Assembly: GCF_016714285.1 (NCBI RefSeq)
Contig: NZ_JADJNN010000012.1
Coordinates: forward strand, 26,040-90,039
Length of the DNA stretch: 64,000 nt
DNA from: Nannocystis sp.
GTDB lineage: Bacteria; Myxococcota_A; Polyangia; Nannocystales; Nannocystaceae
Direction: 5' to 3'
Shown here: positions 60,058 to 64,000 of the stretch, piece after piece
Layout: each line of letters starts with the position of its first letter
How positions within the stretch are numbered: position 1 is the stretch's first letter
Position numbers and translations under genes: made by a program
Notes under the pieces: model-generated
Databases searched by the model: none
Seen by the model: the letters and a program-made list of their open reading frames with translations, nothing else
Told to the model about the DNA's origin: nothing

Positions 60058-60977
60058 AGGCCGAGATCCTCCGCCAAAGATTGCAAACGTGGAGATGAAA
60101 GGTCCCAGCTCATCGCCTGAGCGCTGGCCGGGAAGAGCGTAATGTTGAGCATGACGCCTGGCCAAGGCAGAGGTGTGAGCGCGTAAGCACTCGTGCCATC
60201 CTTGTTCATCGTAAACGAAGTGTCTCCTGTCCAGATCCAGAGCTCGCCACCGCTCGCGCGGATGAGCTCAGTCAGGAGGTGGAGACCCCATCCCATGTGG
60301 TGGTCTCGCTGATCCGATCCACCCTCCGATTCGGCGTAGGGGTCGCCTTGCACGATCGCGTCTTGCGGGAGTGTTCTGGCGGTGTGACGACCGGCGGTGT
60401 TGCCCTTCTTCAAGCACCATCGGATGGCATCCTCGTGATTCGTGATTGATGGTTGGGCCCGTCGGACGTTGCTCAAGAATCCGCACCCAGCATCCGCGAC
60501 CGAGAGCTCGAGGCGAGCCGGGTGGTCACTGCGACTTGGGTAGAACTGTGCCGCGGAAAATCCCCTCCCATCCGCATGAGAGGCAATATTATCATGCAAC
60601 TCGCCCACAACGCGTGCCATGGCATCGATCGCAGCGCGCGGCATTCCGCCGAGTTGGGCGAAGATGAGATCATTGATCGTTTGATTGCACGCTTCGATCT
60701 CTGCGTGGTGAAATAGCGTCGTGAGTGGGCTCCAAGTCTGGCCTTGCTGTCCCCGGCGGGCCTTGCTCATGGCCGCGTGATTGGCGGCGAGGGCGTCGTC
60801 GAGCCCGCTCAGCTTCGCGTACTCTTGAGTGTCGTTCACGAAATCTACATGCAATTGTCCGCGGGCGATGCGCGTGCATGCCAAGAACGTGGCGATCGCT
60901 GGCTGGATAAATCGAACCTCGATCGGCTCCTTGCGGCTCGCGCGCGACCACATGGTGATGACGGCTCTATCTAACAT
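60054..60977 (-). CDS. GHKL/HATPase_c-type ATPase (anti-sigma-factor-kinase-like)
   Basis: N box ELHDNIASHA. G1 box DAGCGF. G2 box GWGLHLL. Lower-GC context (about 57-60%). Confidence 0.7.
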   Translation of the reverse strand: MLDRAVITMWSRASRKEPIEVRFIQPAIATFLACTRIARGQLHVDFVNDTQEYAKLSGLDDALAANHAAMSKARRGQQGQTWSPLTTLFHHAEIEACNQTINDLIFAQLGGMPRAAIDAMARVVGELHDNIASHADGRGFSAAQFYPSRSDHPARLELSVADAGCGFLSNVRRAQPSITNHEDAIRWCLKKGNTAGRHTARTLPQDAIVQGDPYAESEGGSDQRDHHMGWGLHLLTELIRASGGELWIWTGDTSFTMNKDGTSAYALTPLPWPGVMLNITLFPASAQAMSWDLSSPRLQSLAEDLGL

Positions 60978-61085
60978 CCGCGGTGTCCTTGATGGTGCGA
61001 TCCCTGTTGCACTCTACACTGGAAGTGGTGCCCAGGCACGTGACGATTGTCCGTGTATTGTCTCACGAAAACGAGGACCAGGCTC

Positions 61086-63635
61086 CTATCGGCCGCGGAG
61101 GGTCTGGGCGATCTTCAGCACATCCGCCAGCACCCCGGCCGCCGTGACGGCACCGCCGGCCCCGGCGCCGCGGACGACCAGCGGATATTCTTCATATCGT
61201 TCGGTCGTGAATGCCACGAATGCCTCGGCGCCCTTGAGGGTCGCGGCGGGGTGGTCGGGGGCGACGTCGATCGGGCCGACGCGGACGCGGAACTCGCCGG
61301 TGTCGGGGGCGAGGTCGATGCGGGCGAGGTATCGCAGGACCCGGCCGCGGGCCTTGAGCTCGGCGAGGCTGGCGGCGAAGGTGCTGTCATAGTCGGCGAG
61401 GCCGGTGAAGAAGCGCTCGAGGTCGTCCTCGGCGAGCAGGTCGCTGTGGACCAGCGGGTGGACGTGGATCTGCGCCAGCTCGAGGGTGAGGCCGAGCTCG
61501 CGGGCGAGGATGAGGGCCTTGCGGGCGACGTCGAGGCCGCTGAGGTCGTCGCGCGGGTGGGGTTCGGTGTAGCCGCGCTGGCGGGCCTGGCGGACCGCCT
61601 GGGAGAGCGGGACGCCGCGCATGACCTCGCCGGCGATGTAGCCGAGCGAGCCCGAGAAGGAGCCCTCGACGCGGTGGACGCGGTCGCCGGTGCGGACGAG
61701 GTCGGCGAGGGTGGCGATGACGGGGAGCGAGGCGCCGACAGTGGTCTCGTAGCGCCACGCTGCGTGGGCGCTGCGGGCCGCGGCGCGCAGCTGTCCGTCG
61801 GGACCTGTCCCGAGGGTCAGGGGCTTCTTGTTGGCGCTGACGACGTGGATCCCGCGGGCGAAGGCCTCGGCGTAGACGGGGCCCATGCCGTCGGCGGCCG
61901 TGCAGTCGACGAGCACGGGGGCGGGCAGGCGCCGCAGGCGATCGAGCAGCGGGGTGAGGGCGGTGAGGGTGTCGCTGCTGGCGAGGGCGGGGGCCTCGGC
62001 GAGGTGGGCCTGCCAGCGCCCGAGCTCGAGGCCCTGAGGCTCGAACAGGGCGCGAGCGCGGTCGGCGAGGCCGACGACGCGGAGGGCGATGCCGTGGTGC
62101 TTGCGCAGCGCGGCCTGCTGTTGCTGGATCTGGGCCAGCAGCTGGGCGCCGACGGTGCCGTGGCCGAGGATCAGGAGGCTTATCTCCTCGTGGGCGAAGT
62201 TGAAGGCGGCGTGGACGGTGCGCACGGCGAGGGCCGTCTCGCCGCCGTCGATGGCGCAGGAGATCGAGCGCGAGCTCATGCCCTGGGCGATCGCCCGCAC
62301 GGGCACGCCGACCTGACCGAGCGCGCGGAAGAACTGGGCGGCGGCGCTGCGGGGATCCATGCGCTCGGCGACGAGGGTGAGCAGCGTGATCGGGGCGCGC
62401 ACGCCGGGGCTGTCGACCTCGCCGCGGGCCCGCTCGAGCGCGAGCTCGGCGTCGATCGCGGCGCTGGCCTGCTCGGCGGACTCCTGCGGGATGACGACGG
62501 CGACGGCCTGGCCGTGGGCGGCCTGGTTGGCCATCCACACGGTGATGCCGGCCTGCTCGAGGGCTCGCAGGACGCGGGCGCCGACGCCGGCCTCGTGGCT
62601 GATCCGGCGCCAGCGGAGGTCGAGCAGGGCGAGCTTCTCGAGCGAGGTGACGCAGGTCGGGCCGGCCGCCTCGGCGCCGCGCTCGTCGATGCGGGTGCCC
62701 TCGGCGTCGGGGTCCATGGTGCTGCGGATCCGCAGGGCGATCCGTCGCTCGATGAGCGGCACCATGGTCCGCGGGTGGAACATGCGGGCGCCGAAGTTGG
62801 CGAGCTCGAGCGCCTCCTGATACGACATGCGGGCGATCGGGTAGGCGTCGCGGAGGATCGTCGGGTCGCCGGTCATGACGCCGGGGACGTCGGTCCAGAT
62901 CTGGACCTCGGCGGCTCGCAGGGCGCTGGCGAGGAGGGTGGCCGTGTAGTCGGAGCCGTTGCGGCCGAGGGTGGTGCTGCGGCCGTCCGGGGTGGCGCCG
63001 AGGAAGCCGGTGTGGACGGCGACGACGTCGCCCCAGCCGGGCCGGAGCGCGGCGAGGCGGTCGTGGCTGGCGTCCTGATCGACGAGGGCGGCGCCGAAGC
63101 GGTCGTCGGTGACGAGCCAGTCGCGGGCGTCGACGAACACGGCGGGCAGGCCCGCGAGCGGGAGCAGGGCGGCGAGGATGCTGGCGCTCAGGCGCTCGCC
63201 GAAGGAGAGCACGAGGTCGAGGGTCTGCGGGGTGCACTGGCGCAGGAGGGCGACGCCGGTGAGCACCTGGCGCAGCGGGAGCAGCAGCGAGGTGACGTGG
63301 GCGGGGATGTCGGGGTGCGGCGCGCGGGCGTCGCTGGGATCGCTGGCGCTGTCGGTCTCGCTGCTGCGGCGCAGCAGCTCGCGCAGGGCGCCGCGGCTCG
63401 TGTCGATCGCCAGGCCGGCGACGCGGTCGAGGATCGGGTCGGCGGCCAGGACGTCGCCCTTCGCGGCGACCCGGGCGGCGTCGATCAGCCAGTCGGTGGT
63501 GTCGCCCATGGCGGAGACGACGACGGCGATCGGGCCGAGGGCCCGCTCGCGGGCGATGAGGTCAGTGACGCGGATCAGGCGGTCGGCGGCGCCGACCGAG
63601 GAGCCGCCGAACTTGAGGACGCGGAGAGGTGTCAT
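61086..63635 (-). CDS. thrA: bifunctional aspartokinase / homoserine dehydrogenase
   Basis: N-terminus MTPLRVLKFGGSSVG with ACT and HSDH domains. 849 aa. Confidence 0.9.
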   Translation of the reverse strand: MTPLRVLKFGGSSVGAADRLIRVTDLIARERALGPIAVVVSAMGDTTDWLIDAARVAAKGDVLAADPILDRVAGLAIDTSRGALRELLRRSSETDSASDPSDARAPHPDIPAHVTSLLLPLRQVLTGVALLRQCTPQTLDLVLSFGERLSASILAALLPLAGLPAVFVDARDWLVTDDRFGAALVDQDASHDRLAALRPGWGDVVAVHTGFLGATPDGRSTTLGRNGSDYTATLLASALRAAEVQIWTDVPGVMTGDPTILRDAYPIARMSYQEALELANFGARMFHPRTMVPLIERRIALRIRSTMDPDAEGTRIDERGAEAAGPTCVTSLEKLALLDLRWRRISHEAGVGARVLRALEQAGITVWMANQAAHGQAVAVVIPQESAEQASAAIDAELALERARGEVDSPGVRAPITLLTLVAERMDPRSAAAQFFRALGQVGVPVRAIAQGMSSRSISCAIDGGETALAVRTVHAAFNFAHEEISLLILGHGTVGAQLLAQIQQQQAALRKHHGIALRVVGLADRARALFEPQGLELGRWQAHLAEAPALASSDTLTALTPLLDRLRRLPAPVLVDCTAADGMGPVYAEAFARGIHVVSANKKPLTLGTGPDGQLRAAARSAHAAWRYETTVGASLPVIATLADLVRTGDRVHRVEGSFSGSLGYIAGEVMRGVPLSQAVRQARQRGYTEPHPRDDLSGLDVARKALILARELGLTLELAQIHVHPLVHSDLLAEDDLERFFTGLADYDSTFAASLAELKARGRVLRYLARIDLAPDTGEFRVRVGPIDVAPDHPAATLKGAEAFVAFTTERYEEYPLVVRGAGAGGAVTAAGVLADVLKIAQTLRGR

Positions 63636-63641
63636 GCGGGA

Positions 63642-63724
63642 GGGACAGGGCGGAAGGGACAGGGCGGAAGGGACAGGGCGGAAGGGACAGGGCGGAAGGG
63701 ACAGGGCGGAAGGGACAGGTGAGG
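63642..63724. repeat. 14 bp tandem repeat gggacagggcggaa x5 plus a partial copy, 6 nt upstream of the thrA start codon
   Basis: Seen directly. On the coding strand it is CCUGUCCCUUCCGC, pyrimidine-rich. Confidence 0.9.
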
Positions 63725-63768
63725 TGCGCGGGCGCGGGACGGGGGGCGTCGAGAGGGTTTGCGAGGCC

Positions 63769-64000
63769 TAGTCGGCGAGGGCGCGGGCGAGGTCGGCGAG
63801 CAGGTCGTCGGGGTCCTCGATGCCGAGGCTGAGGCGGACCAGGTTGTCGCGGATGCCGATGGCGAGGCGCTGCTCCGTGCTGAGCTCGTAGAAGGACATG
63901 AGGGCGGGCTGCTCGATGAGGCTCTCGACGCCGCCGAGCGAGGGGGCGATGCGGGCGATCTGGCAGCGGTCGATGAAGCGGCTGGTGCGGGCCTCGTCGC
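63769..64000 (-). CDS. Cys/Met-metabolism PLP-dependent enzyme (cystathionine gamma-synthase / O-acylhomoserine sulfhydrylase family), 3' part only
   Basis: C-terminus ...GGVESLIEQPALMSFYELSTEQRLAIGIRDNLVRLSLGIEDPDDL*. Continues beyond the window. Confidence 0.75.

Noticed and set aside
63642-63724. CRISPR array
   Set aside because: The 14 bp units are perfect tandem copies with no spacers, as are the other short tandem repeats in the window. No cas genes are present.
63636-63768. thr-operon-style leader peptide or attenuator upstream of thrA
   Set aside because: The tandem repeat has no Thr or Ile codon run in any frame and no terminator or antiterminator pair.

Overview
This 64 kb window is about 70% GC and dense with genes on both strands. 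It looks like a myxobacterial chromosome segment. Evidence for that is a MYXO-CTERM sorting signal, Myxococcus-type cysteine-rich repeats, several eukaryotic-like Ser/Thr kinases and many secreted Cys-rich lipoproteins. I found no rRNA, tRNA, CRISPR array or obvious transposase.

Annotation is complicated by long spurious ORFs on every frame, so I kept only ORFs with recognisable motifs, signal peptides or operon logic. About 49 protein genes remain. The supported ones are listed here.
- A TonB-dependent receptor, two lipoproteins, ExbB, ExbD and TonB form one operon.
- Housekeeping enzymes include gamma-glutamyltransferase, MTA phosphorylase, a PfkB kinase, phosphatidylserine decarboxylase, bifunctional aspartokinase/homoserine dehydrogenase and a partial Cys/Met-metabolism PLP enzyme at the window end.
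- A DUF1592/DUF1552 pair is present.
- An MMPL RND exporter sits next to a LolA-like partner.
- A class III adenylate cyclase, an ATP-grasp/TPR protein and two Ser/Thr kinases are present.

The most interesting regions are these.
- A tightly coupled ABC-type ATPase plus HNH nuclease pair that resembles the Septu (PtuA/PtuB) anti-phage module. It sits next to the TonB operon, and its GC content looks slightly lower than its surroundings.
- A tandem array of three paralogous lipoprotein genes plus a fourth remnant. Their 3' ends encode a nearly identical dockerin/EF-hand-like domain, and their Cys-rich middle regions are variable.
- A lower-GC island at about 59.5-61.0 kb carrying a GHKL-type ATPase translationally coupled to a small STAS-like protein. 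Next to it is a 136 bp tandem repeat.
- An unusual fusion protein with two OAA/MBHA-type lectin repeats, a VOC (glyoxalase-like) domain and a beta/gamma-crystallin domain.
- A fatty-acid-desaturase-like protein fused to a Rossmann-like tail, interrupted in frame by a palindromic GGGACATGTCC repeat pair.

Three genes carry single-base frameshifts. Two of these are in G5 homopolymers with opposite sign, which suggests homopolymer sequencing errors rather than true pseudogenes. A family of short hairpin-forming elements (TGTCCCAAAGGACATG and variants) recurs in intergenic regions. A pyrimidine-rich 14 bp tandem repeat of about five and a half copies lies immediately upstream of thrA.
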